Part shown: in pieces, positions 41,318 to 56,451 of the stretch | Numbering within the stretch: the first letter of the stretch is position 1 | Layout of the letters: each line of letters starts with the position of its first letter | NCBI GenBank assembly: GCA_965113315.1 | Contig: OZ220366.1 | Length of the DNA stretch: 64,000 nucleotides | Source of the DNA: Podarcis vaucheri | Lineage: Eukaryota | Strand: one strand, 5' to 3' | The notes under the pieces: model-generated | Told to the model about the DNA's origin: nothing | The model's database searches: none | Seen by the model: the letters and a program-made list of their open reading frames with translations, nothing else | Position numbers and translations under genes: made by a program

Positions 41318-43002
41318 AATGCTAGTATTACAAATCTAAAATACTGATTATTGATATAGAGCTGAGAAGCTCTAATTAAATGATAATTAGTTGAATCAGC
41401 AACACTAAAATTGGGTTGCAAGCAAAAGGTGATATGAAAGGGTGATATACGCTGAGAGAAAGGGATATTTATACCCAGGTTTTCCTTTGGGAGAGAGATA
41501 CTTTTCTAACCTTTCTCAGTTATCAAAGAAAACCAAGACTACATTCCACAAAATATCCAACTTCATGAAAGGATGTGGTAAATGAGATTCCCAAAATACA
41601 TACACTGCAACTTCTGCAATAATTTTGATTAAACATAATTTACTTTCATCAAAGCAAAATAATTTCAGCAACATCTTATAAAACTACATCAATTGCAGAC
41701 GATTTCTGTTTTTTAAAATCCTACCTGGGTAGAAGTTACACAGACATGTTATCAAAAGCTGAGTTATACAAGGATGCGTTTGGCTCCCATCTGCGCATAC
41801 TTTAAGTATAAATGTTTAAAAATAGCATTCGCCTTGAAACCACTTTTTTAACCAACCTATAAAGGTGGATTGATTAAGCCAGGCAAATTCAAGTTTTTCT
41901 TTTTATAAAAGGCAACAGAAGCAAGATAGGGAACGGAGAGTCGTGATGTACTAGTCTGGTATGCAGGTCTGTCCTGTCTCTGAAGGACATTACAGAAATA
42001 GAAATACAACTTTTATTTCCATTTTAATGAGTTTAATTGTGCTGCATTGGAGTAAGCAATAGGGCCTGTTCCTAGCCAGAATGGATGCATAAGTGGGAAT
42101 ATGTCAGGGTCCCCATCACTGTCATACTTAGTAAGCAGAGGTTAATAATAGACTGCTGTAGACTTTTCAGATGACTCAGCTGTAGACATTCCAAGATGTC
42201 AAATATGGGATCTGCCCTGCTAGAGCTGCAGCATATCAGTTTAAACTTCTGTAGCTGAAATAGACTAATAGGAGAACACTGAAGAAGATTTCCCCCCAAT
42301 TCTGCCTTGCTTGGTGATATGCACTGAAGAATCCATGAAAGTTTCATCCTTGTCTTCTTGTCCCTCCAGTGTCTAACTTGACTTTATAATCTCTTGATGC
42401 ACCTATTTTAGCATCCCCCGCTGAGCAGTGGTGCAGGGGGTCTTTTTCATCTGCGGGTTTGTCAGCTGAACATGTGCGCGAGTGAAAATTCCATTACCAA
42501 TGGAAGCAGCATGGGAGGAACTGAATTGCTCATAAAGCATCAGTCTGGCTAAATCAATCGTAGAGTGTAATTTTTATATAAACACAGGAGGTTTTGCAGT
42601 TCCATAGTGACTGTTCTTCCATTTTAAAAGTTGAATGTGTAATGTGCTCTACAAGACATACTTGCTGATGTTGAAATCCCTTAAGCTGCTCCATTATACA
42701 CTTACTCTTCCCCACACAAACCAACCTGGACCCTGAAGGCCCATCTGAGGTCCTTCTCTGTGTCTCCCCTCCACAGATGGTCTGGAGGGTAGAAACACAA
42801 GAAAAGGCCTTTTCAGTGGTGGCTCCCTGCTTATGGAATGTACCCCCCAGGAAGATTTGCCTGGCATTATCTTTATCTATTTTTAAGTGCCTGGCAACAA
42901 ATTTTCGTTTTATTTGAACTTTTATTTGGCCTAAATTTGAAGGGTTTCCAGTACTTCTGGCCTTTTAGAGTGGCAGGATGTGCAAGACTTGCCTTTTATC
43001 TC

Positions 43003-43320
43003 TATTATTATTATTATTATTTACTCTATGCCGCCCATCTGACTAGGTTGCCCTAGCCACTCCGTGCAGCTCCCAACAGAATATTAAAAACATGATAAAA
43101 CATCAAACATTAAAACTTCCCTAAACAAGGCTGCCTTCAGATGTCTTCTAAAAGTCAAATAGTTGTTCATTTCCTTGACATCTGATGGGAGGGTGTTCCA
43201 CAAGGTGGGTGCAACTACTGAGAAGGCCCTGTGCCTGGTTCCCTGTAACCTCACTTATCACAATGAGGGAACCACCAGAAGGCCCTCAGTGCTCGATCTC
43301 AATGTCAGGGCCGAACAATG
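43003..43320 (-). mobile_element. L2 LINE 3' fragment (another L2 remnant on + at about 42730-42900)
   Basis: (TAT)n tail and a body like 11250-11550. Confidence 0.8.
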
Positions 43321-43463
43321 TTTTTTTTAAAAAAGAAATGTTTTAAAAGTTTCTGTTTGTTATTGGTTTTAGTGTTCATCAATCACTTTGGGTCACTTTT
43401 GTGAGGAAAGCAACTAATAACTATAGTTAATAATCATAATCATATTTAATTTTTCACCCACAG

Positions 43464-43520
43464 GAAAAACGATTGAAAGAAAAGGCAGCAAGAAGAGAAG
43501 CCAGAAAGAAAAATGCAAAA
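43464..43520 (+). CDS. DDX10: DDX10 coding exon, probably the human exon 16 equivalent
   Basis: ttttcacccacag acceptor, gtaagg donor; 57 nt, phase 0. EKRLKEKAARREARKKNAK continues the previous exon in frame (human recalled as EKRLKEREARREANKRQAK). Confidence 0.93.
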
Positions 43521-45592
43521 GTAAGGCTATTTTTCATTCTTTCACAGAAATTTTATGGCCTCTGCATACTATGAAGTGCAAGAGGGAACTATCTTATTTT
43601 AGGAATCGAAATAGGCTTTATGTATCTTGGAAAAGAGATCATGGTAGAAAGTTCTCTGAGGATGTCTGTCATGGTGAAAGCGGGAGAAATTCAATGCTGA
43701 GAATTGCTGGAGAAGGTGCTGGAAGCAAAACAACAGATATAATAACATCTGTATATGAATTGGCAAAAGGAGAGCCCAGGGTGACTCACGGCAATAAAAT
43801 TATACAGAACAATACAAAACTGCATGGTAATACACTGTTAGAACCAGCCTATGAAGATCTCCCATCCTTCCCCGCCAGTCATAAGTGTGTTTAAGCGTTA
43901 CATTGGCCTCTATATTAACTGCAGCCACCACCAATGAAAGTTTCCTCTTAACCTAGTTTTGAAGCTAGGCAGCGTTCCCCGATTGAGAACCTTCAAGGCA
44001 ACTCGGTAACTTTACCTGGTCTAAAATGCAGTGGCCGGTGTTCCATTTAGAACTCTGGAACCAGCTGCACTGGTTACCAGTTCATTTGAAAGCCCAAAAC
44101 GATTTGTTCACATGAATGTTGAGAATCCTAAATTGCTTAGGCCCCCAAATATCTAAAAGACCTCCTCAGACCCTTTCAGATGTTAAGATTGTAGTTGTAG
44201 TTACAGGTGTTAACTTTGTAGTTCCACCACCCTTGTGTCAAGGGGAGGGAGACAGACAGACAGAACTCTGTTAGGGCATTTATGTTTATTTTCGTGTGTG
44301 TGTTATTTTGCCATTAGTACTGCTTCATTATTTCTATCTTCCTTTGTACATTATTTCTATGTTTTTTACACAACAGGGGTTTTCTCTCCCCCCCCCCCCC
44401 AGAATGTAAATTTTCATTTCCCTTGGATTATGTATGAACGCATTTGAACGTAATGTAGCCATGACTAAAGGAACTGCAGTGCAACTTTACTGATTTAGTG
44501 TTCAGGAAGAGTTTTCTTCTACCTGAAGGTTGGAATCCTTATGCCACACATAATTCCCAGGAGCCAGCCTTCCAAAGAAGATGTGAATGCAAATCGCATG
44601 TTTAGCTGTAATTTTGCATTGGCATATTTATTGTGGCAAGATGTTCATCCTGTTCAAGGGACATGCTGATTTTTTTCCAGGACGAAGGTCCAATTGTGTG
44701 CGTCATTTCGTTTACCTGAATAACCATGATTTGTACTTGACACTTAGCAAAGATTGGTTTCCTTTGAGAGCAAACTCAAGGTGCTGCTGTGCTGATGCCC
44801 TTTCTGCATGCTCTTCATATTGTCAGTGGAACTTGGAGAACTGGACTGGGAAAATGACTCGCATTGTAGTCTGGAAGTTGAGACACCAGTGCTCTTCTTC
44901 AAGAAACAAAGACTGGTTGTGATGAGCAACTCTTTATTAAAACGTAGCTTTCAGAAATATCATATTGCAGCATGACGTACAAATCATGTCTGGGGTTGTG
45001 GGTACTGGTCCTATAAGCTAGATTTCTGTTATCCAGCCCAGGGTCCTCACAGTCAGGAACTGAAGCCTGATTATTAACAAGACGTTTCTCTGTGCTGACC
45101 AGGAATGGGCAGAAGGCCACACTTAGAGAATTTGCACTTCACCTGGCCAATTCAAGCACTTCAGGTAGTGCAGAATAGTGACCTATGTATTAACAGGGAC
45201 CAGCCACAGAGGGCCTTCGAAACCTATGCTAAGGAAGGGCCATAGCTCAGTTCTAGATCACATGGTTTGCTGGGCAAAGGTCCCAGATTTAATCTCTGGC
45301 AACTCTAGGTAGGACTGGGAAAGGCTCTTGACTGAAATCCCAAAGAGCTATTGACATTTAGTGTACACCAGGGATGGGGAATGTCCTTGACTCGATGGAC
45401 CAGATTCTTATCAGGATTGGCCTTGTTGGCCAAGTGACATCAGGTGCAAGATGCTTTGATTTAACCTTCTTGCTCATCAGCTGATGTTCCAAGTGGATGT
45501 GTATGGGAAACTGTCCTCATGGGCCAACTTGGAAGCCCCTGATGGGCAAAGATTGGCCCAAGGACTCGAGGTTCCCTACCCTTCTTATTGAC

Positions 45593-45795
45593 CAGGGGTA
45601 GGCAACCTAAGGCCCATGGGCCACAAGCAACCCATGGGGGTCGTTTAACTGGCCCACGAGTGCTTCTGCGGCACCGAAAATCACGTCTGCGCAGACACAG
45701 ACGCCGGAAATCACGAGCGGGCGCGCAATCTGGCCCATGGAGGGATCTCGGTTGGAGTGAATCAGCCCAGGTGAGGTAAACCTTGCCTACCCCTG
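45593..45795. mobile_element. hAT MITE inserted in a SINE
   Basis: caggggtaggcaa / ttgcctacccctg TIRs; TSD ttat(t/a)gac. Confidence 0.85.
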
Positions 45796-48700
45796 TTATA
45801 GACAGTAGTGAGCTAGATAGACCATTGCTCTGACTGTAGAATACAGTTTCGTATGTTCCTTGCTCACCTGCATTAGGTGCCTTTGGTCTATTAGGCCCAC
45901 TTCAAGATTTTGGTTATGACTACAATCATAGAGTTGGAAGGGACCCAAGAATCATCTAGTCCAACCCCCTACAATGGCAGAGCCTAGAATGTCTTTGGAA
46001 TATCTCTTATATGGACCTCTCTGAGATCAGCTGGAGAATCCTTCATCTGGATCCAACCACTACACTATACCATACTGGTATATATATTTCATAAGACATT
46101 TGGGTATTAAGTGCATTTCAGGCAGAAAGGCAATTAAAATATTTTATAAACAAATGAATAACATTTGAGAAAATGTTAGGTAGAGAAAAACATGAAATCT
46201 TGAAAAAGTTTGTCCTAAGGTTCGGGAATCTGTGGCCTCCAGGGGTTGCTGAACTACAACTCCCATCAGCCCTAGCTAGGATGATGGACAGTCAGGGATT
46301 GTGGGGAGTTGCTGTTCACCAACTTCTGAAGGACCACAAGTTTCCCTCTCATGACCCTCTCTTTGGGAACTGTTCCTCTGTTGGCATCTTCTGTCAGCAC
46401 CATTTTTTCCTAGTATTTATATACTATCTGATTTTTTTTTTAATTGGAAATTTTATTTACAACATCACCCACCCATACAGAAATCCACCCTCATTAAACG
46501 TGAACATAACATACAATGAGCATAACATACAACAATACAAATAACCATTATCCTGTATCTGGCCTCCTTATTTACTTCTTATAAGCTGTTTCCTTTATGA
46601 ATAATTATTAAGAATTTTCTCATTATAACTTAAATACCATCTGATTTTAGTAAAACCTTTACTTCAAGCAGTATTAAAAAACAACCCATTAAAATTATCG
46701 ATAAAAGACAGTTAAAGCAGGTATTCCATTCCATTACTAATTAAAATGAACAGTAAACCATGCACAGGTTAAAACATGTGTAACTTCTGCGTGTCTCAAT
46801 ATGCTTGTTATAAACGCACATCGAACAGAGTATTGAACTGCGAAGGCGCCTGCCTGATGTCAATAGACGAAGAGTGTAGCCTACAAGGTCAGTTTTTATC
46901 ATTTATATATTGCCAGTTTATATTTCTTTTTCTCCTGTTGGAATGTTGATGGAATGGGGTCAGGACACTTGCTGGGAAGTTGACCCTCACTGTGGCCAAG
47001 TTCCAGAAATGGCTCAGGAACACTTCTTTTTTACTTTGCCTTGATCAGATCCCAATTCCTACCCCTGGCTTAACAAAGACTGTTTAGCAGTGGTTCATGG
47101 TATGTTGTTTTTTGAGGTGTTTCCCACTCCCTGCAGAGCCCTAGAAAAACACCAAAACACCTTCATCTTTGGTTAGGCGTGAAAGAGAGAGCTCAAGAAT
47201 GGTCAGCCCCTAGACAAGAGATTTTGACAGCTTGGAACCAGGAGTCAAATTCTTGTGAGATTCCTGGGGAGCCAACAGTGATGTGTAGAGAAGGCAGTCC
47301 CAAACTGACAGGAGCCCGAGGGATTCTTTTGGAGCATATCCTTGCATCAGAAATCAGTCTAGTTTCAGCACCAGTGCCTGAAGACTTTCACAAGTTCACC
47401 CAGGGTCAGGATCAAGGAGTCCCATGTGGGCTTTCATATTTAACGCTCCGGAAAGAAGCTATAAAACCAGCACTGACTATTACAAAAGAAACTGCTGCTG
47501 CTGAATCAAAAATACAGGTTTTCTTTTTGCACCTCAGAACTCTGAACCTTTGTTACATATCTTTAGGCACCGGGCAAAAATAAATAAATCCTCTTCTCCC
47601 AAGCCTTTGGCTAATTAAACTTTTAAACTGGGGAGCAGAGGGCGGTATTGTTTTGGTTACTATGTTACACATTTTTGTGTTTTTATATTGTAAAATGCCC
47701 TGTGATCCTTGGATGAAGGGTGGTATAGAAAAATAATAAGAATAAGAATTATTAATAATAATAATATCCACAAACAACAAAACATTGGTTAGTGCAAATG
47801 ATTAAGCAATCACTTCTGTATAAGGTTGTGGGCACACATCCCATTCTGTGTAATTTGTTAATTTGGAACAATTTCAAAGGAAGGAGGCTTGAATAATTTT
47901 TTAAGTTTACATGGCCGTCCATCAATCAAATTCTCTAGGCAGCTTACACAATAAAAATAAACATTTATGCAGAGTTTAAAACTACAATAATCAAAACAAA
48001 AAAATAATGTAACAACATAGCAAAATTCCCTAATTGAGACATAAAGAATTTGCAGCTCTACTTAAAACTATGCTAAATGAGTGAGAGCATAAAGTTTTAA
48101 ATCTGAAAACAGATTAGAACAGAAAATAAGCCTAGGGTTTGTTTGGAGACACAAGTGTAAAATGGCCTTCAGCTCGTGCCAAAAAGACCATCAAGAAGGG
48201 AGGAAACAAATTTCTTTGAGGAGATCATTTCTTAAGCCACCACTGATAATCGCCACTCCTTTGTAACCACCTGTTGCACCTCACTTGGGTGGGGGCACAC
48301 AGAGCAGGGCCTCTGAAGAGGGTCTTAAGGTTCACGTAGGTGTATGTGGGTTAAAAAGCTACTCACTGGTTATTCTTGACAAGACAAAATCAGGAAGGAA
48401 CTATCTAAAGAATCAACTGAATCTGAAAAGGATCTCAGGATTTTGCTGTTTTTATTTATCAACTTTTTAAAAAAAGCAATGAAAGCAGCAGTGTATTTTG
48501 CTTGTAAACAGTGCGCATAAGGCTTGAGGTTGGGTGTGTTTTTGTGGATCTGGATTATCACAATTTTTTAAGGAAAAAATATAAAGCGGTTTACAACCTT
48601 ATTAGTGGGTGTAAGTGGGTCCTGTAACAAAATATTGCAGTGCTCCTGTTCAAAATGCCCGCCTGTGCCCTTGGTTCATAATCCATTCCATTCTGTTTCT

Positions 48701-51700
48701 CCCACTGGTTTTCTGTTCCTCTTCACTCCCCGCCTCAATAGTCAGTCAATATTCTATAGCCGCTGATCATGTTCCGTGTTTCATTTGGGTTGTTTGAGGT
48801 TATTGGAATGGGGGGTTGCCCCTTAAGGGCAATTAGAATAACAACAACTTCTGCAAACCTTGAGTTCTCCCCAGCCTTCTCTTATGCATAGGTGGTGCAA
48901 TTTTGGAAAATAAAATGCTATTAGAATATGGGGGTGTGGTGTTTTATTTTGCAATTGGAAAGAGCAGGCCCTTTCCTACATTTTAAAGAGGGATTTGAGA
49001 AGCCGCAGGCTGTGTTATTAATGCTCCCTCGTGCTAGCAAACAGGCTTCCTGGCTGGCCATTCTTCAAGACAGAATAGTGGACAAGATGCAACTTCAGTC
49101 CGACTCATCAAGGCAGTGTGTGTCTGTACAACATTACTAGCAATGTGACACACAGAGTCCATACGCATCTTTTGTTATATTTTCACCAACTGCAGACTAG
49201 GCACAGGCAGGCTTAAATCGAGTTTAGTGAAATTTCAAATTCTCAGCAATGAGGGAGTGTTGCCTAAGAGCCAAAATGTGTCCTAGGTACCATTTCCTTT
49301 CTTTGCAGCCCTAGTGGACTGCAGAGTGTCTTCTGCATCCAGGAATCCTTATCTGGATGAAAACATATTTAGGCATAAAGCGCCACACCATTACAAGATG
49401 TTTTTGAAATGGCTTCTGTGAATAGCTGGCTCTGTAGGGCTGCTTATCACCACTTTGTGATTTGTGAAAGCATGCACAGTTAGGGCTAGGATCCATGCCC
49501 TTATCTTGAACTTCTTTCAGAAATTTTGCATATCACGAAAGATAACATTGCACACAGAATACAAATCATGGCGGTCTTATTAGAGTTGGTGGGTATAATA
49601 AAGAGGAAAGAGATTATCCCAGCTCAGTGTGAAACCGGAGGCGAAAAGTTATATTAGGTTCAAGCCAACAAAGAGAAATAATAGAGATCTCAGAGTCTAT
49701 TTTTATGCCACTGTGTGTATAAAAAATTGTGCTTAATCCGCATTGACTTCATAAATGATCATGACTTTAAATTTTCCTTTCAGGCTCATGACTCTGAAAT
49801 GTTCCACATTACCTATTTGGTGTGTGTGTTGATATACCACAAGGGAGAAATGCAAAAATATATTGGGGAAAAATCAAGTTGACCCAGTCCCGTTATCATA
49901 CCTTTTGAAAGAGGACAGATTTCTGGAAATTGCATTAGGGCAACACAATAAAGATGAATGGGAGTGGAGAAAGGGTAGGGAAAAGCTTAACCTTTCTGCC
50001 CCTGCAGCTGCTATTTAAAGTTTAAAAACTCGTCACATTAATTGCACTCACACAATTGACATCAAACTTAGCTTGGTTCTTTGATATTGCTGGGATATGC
50101 AATAGGGCTTCTCCCTGATTCTCAAAAACTTTCAGCATTTATATAACACTTCCAGATATTCAAAGCATTTTGCATTCATTATCATGTTGCATTCCTTAGA
50201 ACAACCTGTAAAGTTTGGCTAGTTGCCCAAACCTTAGTGTTGTGTAATTGCGGTTCTCATTGAAAGTGTGAGCCTGAGTTAGGCCTGATGCTGAATGACT
50301 TAATGGAAGCGGTGATTTCAAAACCAAGGAGTTTCTGAATCATAGCTTGCCATTATCCTACACCAGCTCTCTCCACTGAAAACAATGACTTTCTTCAGCC
50401 CCTTTTTCATTTGGTAGAATATGAATGGAGTGACCTAATCTTATATTCCAGGTCTTTCAAATATTATTATGTCCCTTTTCATCAAGCTGTTACTGTTCCC
50501 TCCCATGCTCTTTGTTACATTTCAAAAGCATTTCTTAATTTATTACCTGCCACTTAGTGTTCACGGTTTATCCATGCAAATCAATATTCCTGGTTCTTGT
50601 TTGGTTATCTCATTAATTTAGGAGGATGCAACTGTCTCAAGTGGCTTCTGTTTATTTAAAATTTTCAGTACTCGTTGGCCTGAGAAACTACTGTGTGTAT
50701 GTGTTTGTGTCATATGTCAGGAGTGCTCTGATGGTGTTTCCTGCTTGGCAGGGGGTTGGACTCTATGGCCCTTGTGGTCTCTTCCAACTCTATGATTCTA
50801 TGATTCTATGTTTTAAAAGTTCATCAAGGTTGGCTACCAACCTTCAGGACTGCTTTGTAGTAGTCCATCTCTCACATGGAAGGTGTAAGGTCTTCTTCCC
50901 TGATCATAGCAAGTTCTGTTTGGACATAGTCTGCACTGCCCCATCCCACTTCTGCTCAAGGATCAAAGGAATGAATGGGAAGAAGGTTAGCTTGGGTGAA
51001 AATGATCACCACCAGTTTACAGGTGGAAAACTGGGGGAAGCCATTTTGATTCTGCTCCAGGGGCTCACAATTCATGTTCTGAAATTGTTTTGGATGGGAA
51101 GGTTCTAGCACCCAGAAATAATGATAGCGTCCAAAGCTCCACAGTGGCAGTCGTGTGTGGTATCAGCATGTCCTGTCAGTACACGGATTTCCACTTGTGT
51201 AACAGGACTGTTCACATAAACTCTCGTGCATGCCCTGCACCCACTCCAAATCTGCTCCAGAGGTTTGGAAAATTTAAAGGAGGAAAGGGGAAGAACATTC
51301 CATCGTGCAAGCAAAAATCCTTGCTTTGGCAGAGCATTGACATAGTAGTACTTTGGATACAAATCCAGCAGCTTTGAAAATGTTTTTATTTTATTATTTT
51401 ATGAAAAAAGAGTTGGAAGAAAGGGGGAGCCTCGCCATGCCACAACTCTAAACCCATTATCTTCCATTTTGCTTGGGGTGGGGGATTATCCTAATGACAC
51501 CGGCCCCTAGAAAACGGAGGCAAATCTGCCTGAACAAAGGGAGAGTGGTCCTAGTTGTCATTAGCCCATTTCAGATGACTAATGTGGGTGGGTGTGATTA
51601 TCATGGCTGTTAGCCCTGACCAACAAGCATCTATTGAAATGGCCCAGCTGATCCTATCTGTGTATGCATATGTAGATTCTGTTTACGAGGATGGGAGACC

Positions 51701-54700
51701 TGTGACCTCCAACTTGCATCAGCCACAGCAAGTACATAGCCATTGGTCAAGTACTGAGTCCAGCAACATTGGGGGTGTGTGTGTGACAGAGGCACAGATT
51801 TCCCATTCCTAGTTTACACAGATAGCTGAATGCATGTAGGTTGTTGGTGAGTCTGGTTGCCATGATGTACACAGAATTGGTACACAACCTGATGGTTGCC
51901 ATAGTTCAGTACTCCCAATTAAGGTTGTCTGAAAAGGGCTGCAAGTGGTCTTGTCCTTGAAAGAGCAAGACCCTTCTCCCCCGCTCTCTCCAGCTGCTGG
52001 TCAGATCTGTGGCTATTGAGCAAAGCCGTCTTTGGGGGAGCTTTATTTAGCAGCCTTAAGAATCCAAGCTCTAAATCTTTCAGTGAAGTCCAAGAGAGGA
52101 TTTGAGAATTAACGCGCCTTGAATGAGCCTCACTATCTCTCCTCTCTAGCTATTTTTCTTTGGCTGTGTTCAGCAGTTTTGTAGATCAAAGAGCCTTCAA
52201 GTTTTAAAGCAGAACACTCTGCTTACTGCTCTTTTCCCTCCTACCCCAAAGTTGTTTGTGGCTTACATTTCTACGTGACCTACTGCCAGCACGCCTCCCT
52301 ATGCCATCATCGATGCCTCAGAAAAAAATAATAATAGTTACAATCAGCAATCAGAAAAACATTGTTTCTGTGTTGGTTAATTATTTTAGGAACGATTATT
52401 CAATTTAATTGAGGCTGTGAGGATCATTAAGATTCCAGCTGCTGGAAGGGTTTGCTGCTGAACCTTCAAGCTTCTCCTTTTGAAATACGTTAGGGTTGTT
52501 TCAAAGATTTTGAAAGCACAAAACACCCTCGTTTCTTCACCATTATGCCCCATTCAAGAAGAATTGGTACGCAACTGCTTGGTGGTTCAATCACAGCGGT
52601 TTAGTGCCTAAGTATAGAACAAGAGACCCAGAACTTGGGAAACCCTCAGAAGATTTTGTTGAAGATTTATTAAGGTTGCAGTCTTAACACCACTTACCTG
52701 GGAGTAAGCCCCACTGAATTCAGTAGGAGTTACTTCTGAGTAGTTACAGCTAGGTATGCACTGTAACCTATTGCTCAAAACTTCAAATTCACCTACAGTA
52801 TGTAACACTCACCAAAACCTTTTTTGTTTTTGGACCTCTTTTGTCCGATCCATCAGTGTTCTCTCTCTCCCTCCCTCCCCCCTCTCTCTGGATAATGCTT
52901 TTTCTTGAGACATTCTTTCCTTTCAGAGGTGAGCTATACAATCAGCAGAATTATATGGCGAGCTCTTTCTAGACTGTCCTGCTTCAGCTTGTAAAGTGGG
53001 TTGGGAGCTTATCCCCCCACCAATAAAAGTGTCTGGTGCATAAAATGACTCCTTAATAAACTACAAATTGTGATGAAGGCAGATTTTTAAAGCAGTGTTT
53101 TTGTAACAAAAAAAGAAACTGTTACAATTATAATTAGTACGCAGTAAATCCATCCATCGCTTCCCTTCTTCTAGTTGGTATAAACAGCTGAATAATTTTT
53201 TACATGTTCTTCTAAGGCTGTGGTGCTCACTGCTTGGTGCAGAGCTCCTTAAAGAGGTAAATCATCTTAAGCTGCAATGGGTGCAAGCATGAAATATGAG
53301 GTGGGATTGAGGTAAGACCTGTCCTTGTCCCCTCTTTCTACCGTTTGTGAGCTTTTCGCTGGGTGTTCCATTGTTAATATAGCGCATTCTGTTTTCAGTG
53401 GTCTTCCTGCCCATCTCCTTTCCTTATGAATGGCGAAGTTGTTTGCATATCTGTACTGCATCATCATTAAATACGGGTACTCTTGTGAGCTTCTTTGACA
53501 TAAATGACTGGTTGTTTGTGCAGGACCGTTTGAAGTTGTGTCAGCAAAGCAGATCACCTATAGACAAGAAATAATGATCACTAATTGTAGCCTGAGTCAA
53601 CTCATGCTTATACAATTGATTTACCATTTAGCTGCTCTTTGGGATGGAAATCCATAAAGAACATTAAGTTTCTTTTTAAAAGCTCTCACACAGTATCATT
53701 ATCTCAGTAATGAATGTTGATTGTGCGATACGGGGAGGGGGGAGGAACATACAATGTTCGTTTTTAAATACTGCTTTCTGAGTCTTTTAAATGGGGTACA
53801 TTTGCAGTGAGGGCTATTTTTGCTGTCCCCCCCTGGCATTAGTTGTTTTGGTCATGTGTCCCCCCCCTACCCCCGGTCCAGATTCTGCAAGTAATTGCCA
53901 CAAATGCCTACAGGCCCATCTTCCACACCCTGACCACTAGACATTTGGGTAGTAGTAATAGTAGACAAATTTTGAGGGTAGGCCAAAGCATAATACCTGC
54001 CAGTCTACAACCAGTAACCTGTAATCCAAACCTCCACCATCATTTTTCATTTTATTTGCCGGGGAGGGTAATGAATGTAGTTTGTAAGCAATCTTAGCAG
54101 GGAACCCCCACCCCCTTGGTTTTCTCTTAGAGTCAGAATATATGGCAGAGTTCACTGACGTACTATTTGTTTTTCAATGGAAAAGTGGCATCTGCTTATT
54201 TGGAAACATAATACCCCTGGCTGTTTGGTTTCCTTCAAATACATTTCTAAGCAGCTAAACTGCTTTGAGTCACAACTTTTTTTGTTTTTGATTAAACAGC
54301 CATATGCTTCCGAATGGAACAGTCTCAGTTGTTATATTAAATTTGTAGATGACTCGCTACCTTACAAAACTCAATTACCTCACATCCCCCCATCAGCCCT
54401 TTTAGGAGGGAACAGATGGAAGAGTTCGGCTGCCCTGTCATGTTTTTCTTGACTTACGATTAGAATTTCTAAAGATAATGTGTCACTCGCATGTTTTGTA
54501 TTTCTCCTCTGAAGATATGCTTTTGATTGCTCTCTTCCTAAGCCTGCAGGTTTTACGCAGCTGGGGTGCCTTCTGGCTTATGATATGTAGCCGAAACCTG
54601 CATCAGTTCAAGATTGGAGAAAATGGATCTTAAGTTGGCTCTTTCTGAGACTGATCACCCCAACAGTAATTAAGCCCCCCCCCCACACCCAGTGGGCTGT

Positions 54701-55998
54701 TTGGCTGGCAGCTTTTGCTGTCATCTCCATGTCAGGGCCATGTAAATAACAATAAGATATGCAGGCAGAGGAAGGCCTGTTGAATTTGGCTGGGGCTCTT
54801 CAAACATTCTGTATTCAGGGCACACATTCTGTGTTAACCGTTCTGTGGAGGAGCCTCTACTCAGCACATCATGGTGGTTCCTGCATTCTTAAACACAAGT
54901 AGGCAGACTTTGGGCTTGCGGGATCTACTTTTTTTTAAAAAAAAACCAATCAGATCCTGAGATCCACCAGTCAGAGCCGAGGGCAAAATAGTAGCTCAGG
55001 AAGGTGAAGATTATCCTAATATTAGTAGAGGGAGCTCTCTTGGCAGTTCCACCACCACCAGAAGTTCAGGAATGGCGGTAGCCGGGGAGTGGAATCTCCT
55101 AGGTTGTGGAATTCCTTCCCCACAATGGTACATATGTCTAGCACCTTCATTATATAGTTTCCACCTTAAGGTGAAGATGCACCTGGTTACCCTTGCCTTG
55201 GACATCTGAGTTGTTTTCAGGTCCCACTCACACAATTATTTAGTTGAATACTGCCTGTTGTTGTTGTTGTTGTTGTACAGGTACTGATGAGCACATGCTC
55301 AGCCCAGGACAAAAATAATGTCTCCCACTGATGCTTCTTAATATTGTTCCTAAGCAGTGGTGCAAATGTGACCACTGAACCAGCTGTATAGCGTGTCACT
55401 TACACTGTTGTTTCATTCTTAAAACCAGCCCCCCTTGCACCTCTTTGTCATGTAATATATATATATTGAGTGCTTTCTTTTTTACATATAGAGGAGATGC
55501 CTTTGAAATAATTTCCATATAGTTTTTCTTTCAGCACTCAACATAGGTAGACCTTTTCACAATATTATCACCCTCAAAAGATGAGAGCCGCCAAGGAGAA
55601 CACCTCTCCTTTCTGGTGCTCCTAAGTTCACTAAGGCAATGTGCACGAGCAACATAACACACATGCAGCTTGGTGGAGGCACCTTCCCTTGAGGTGAGCA
55701 ATATCCTTAAATAGAGTCACATACCGTCATGATAGGAAACGACTAAAAATAAAAATGCAAAGTTCCCCAGTTTCCATGATTTGGAATTGCTAATGCTACT
55801 CAAAACTAAAAATAAGTATTTGCGTAGAACTTAGTTTTGTCAGGTGATGCCTATGACTCACTAACACATATTTTACAAGTGAAAACTATTGTAACCTTTT
55901 CTGCTGCTTTTCATAGAATGGATACGCCATATGGAATATCATAGAATTGTAGCATTCATCCAGTCCAACATCCCTGATAGATGCCCCTCCAACCTCTG

Positions 55999-56451
55999 TG
56001 TCAGGGAACTGACATCGGAGGAAAGGGAAGTGGTAAGGCTCCCAGAGACTGGGAGAGAGTCAACAGCCAAAGCAGGGACCAGCAGGGGGAGCGCGGGGTC
56101 TCTGGAGGAGGATCTCAGTAATGCTGAGAGAGACGCAGCAGCCCAGGCAGGAAGCAGCAGGGGAGAGAAAGGGGTGAGAGACACTTCGAGCGAAAATAGC
56201 GGGGAGGTGTCAGAAGCAACTGCAGGGAGACCCATGCTGCGCCGGAAGCTGCCACGTCGTGAGTCCAGGAGACGCGTTTCCGTTAAGGAACTTCTTTGCT
56301 GGAAGCGCTTCCGCAGACAGCCACTGTCAGACTCTACTAGTGACTAGAGCAGACATGTCTGAGGAGCTCTGTCACACACAGAGGTTTGTGGGGTCGCACA
56401 AACTCTGAAGGGGCACAATTTTAAGCACAAGCAGCTAACCATCCCCTGACA
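55999..56451. mobile_element. Solo LTR (probably Gypsy-like) inserted in a CR1 remnant
   Basis: tgtcaggg...ccctgaca termini; 5-bp TSD ctctg; the CR1 sequence ccaacctctg|tttaaaaaacctc is interrupted. Confidence 0.8.
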
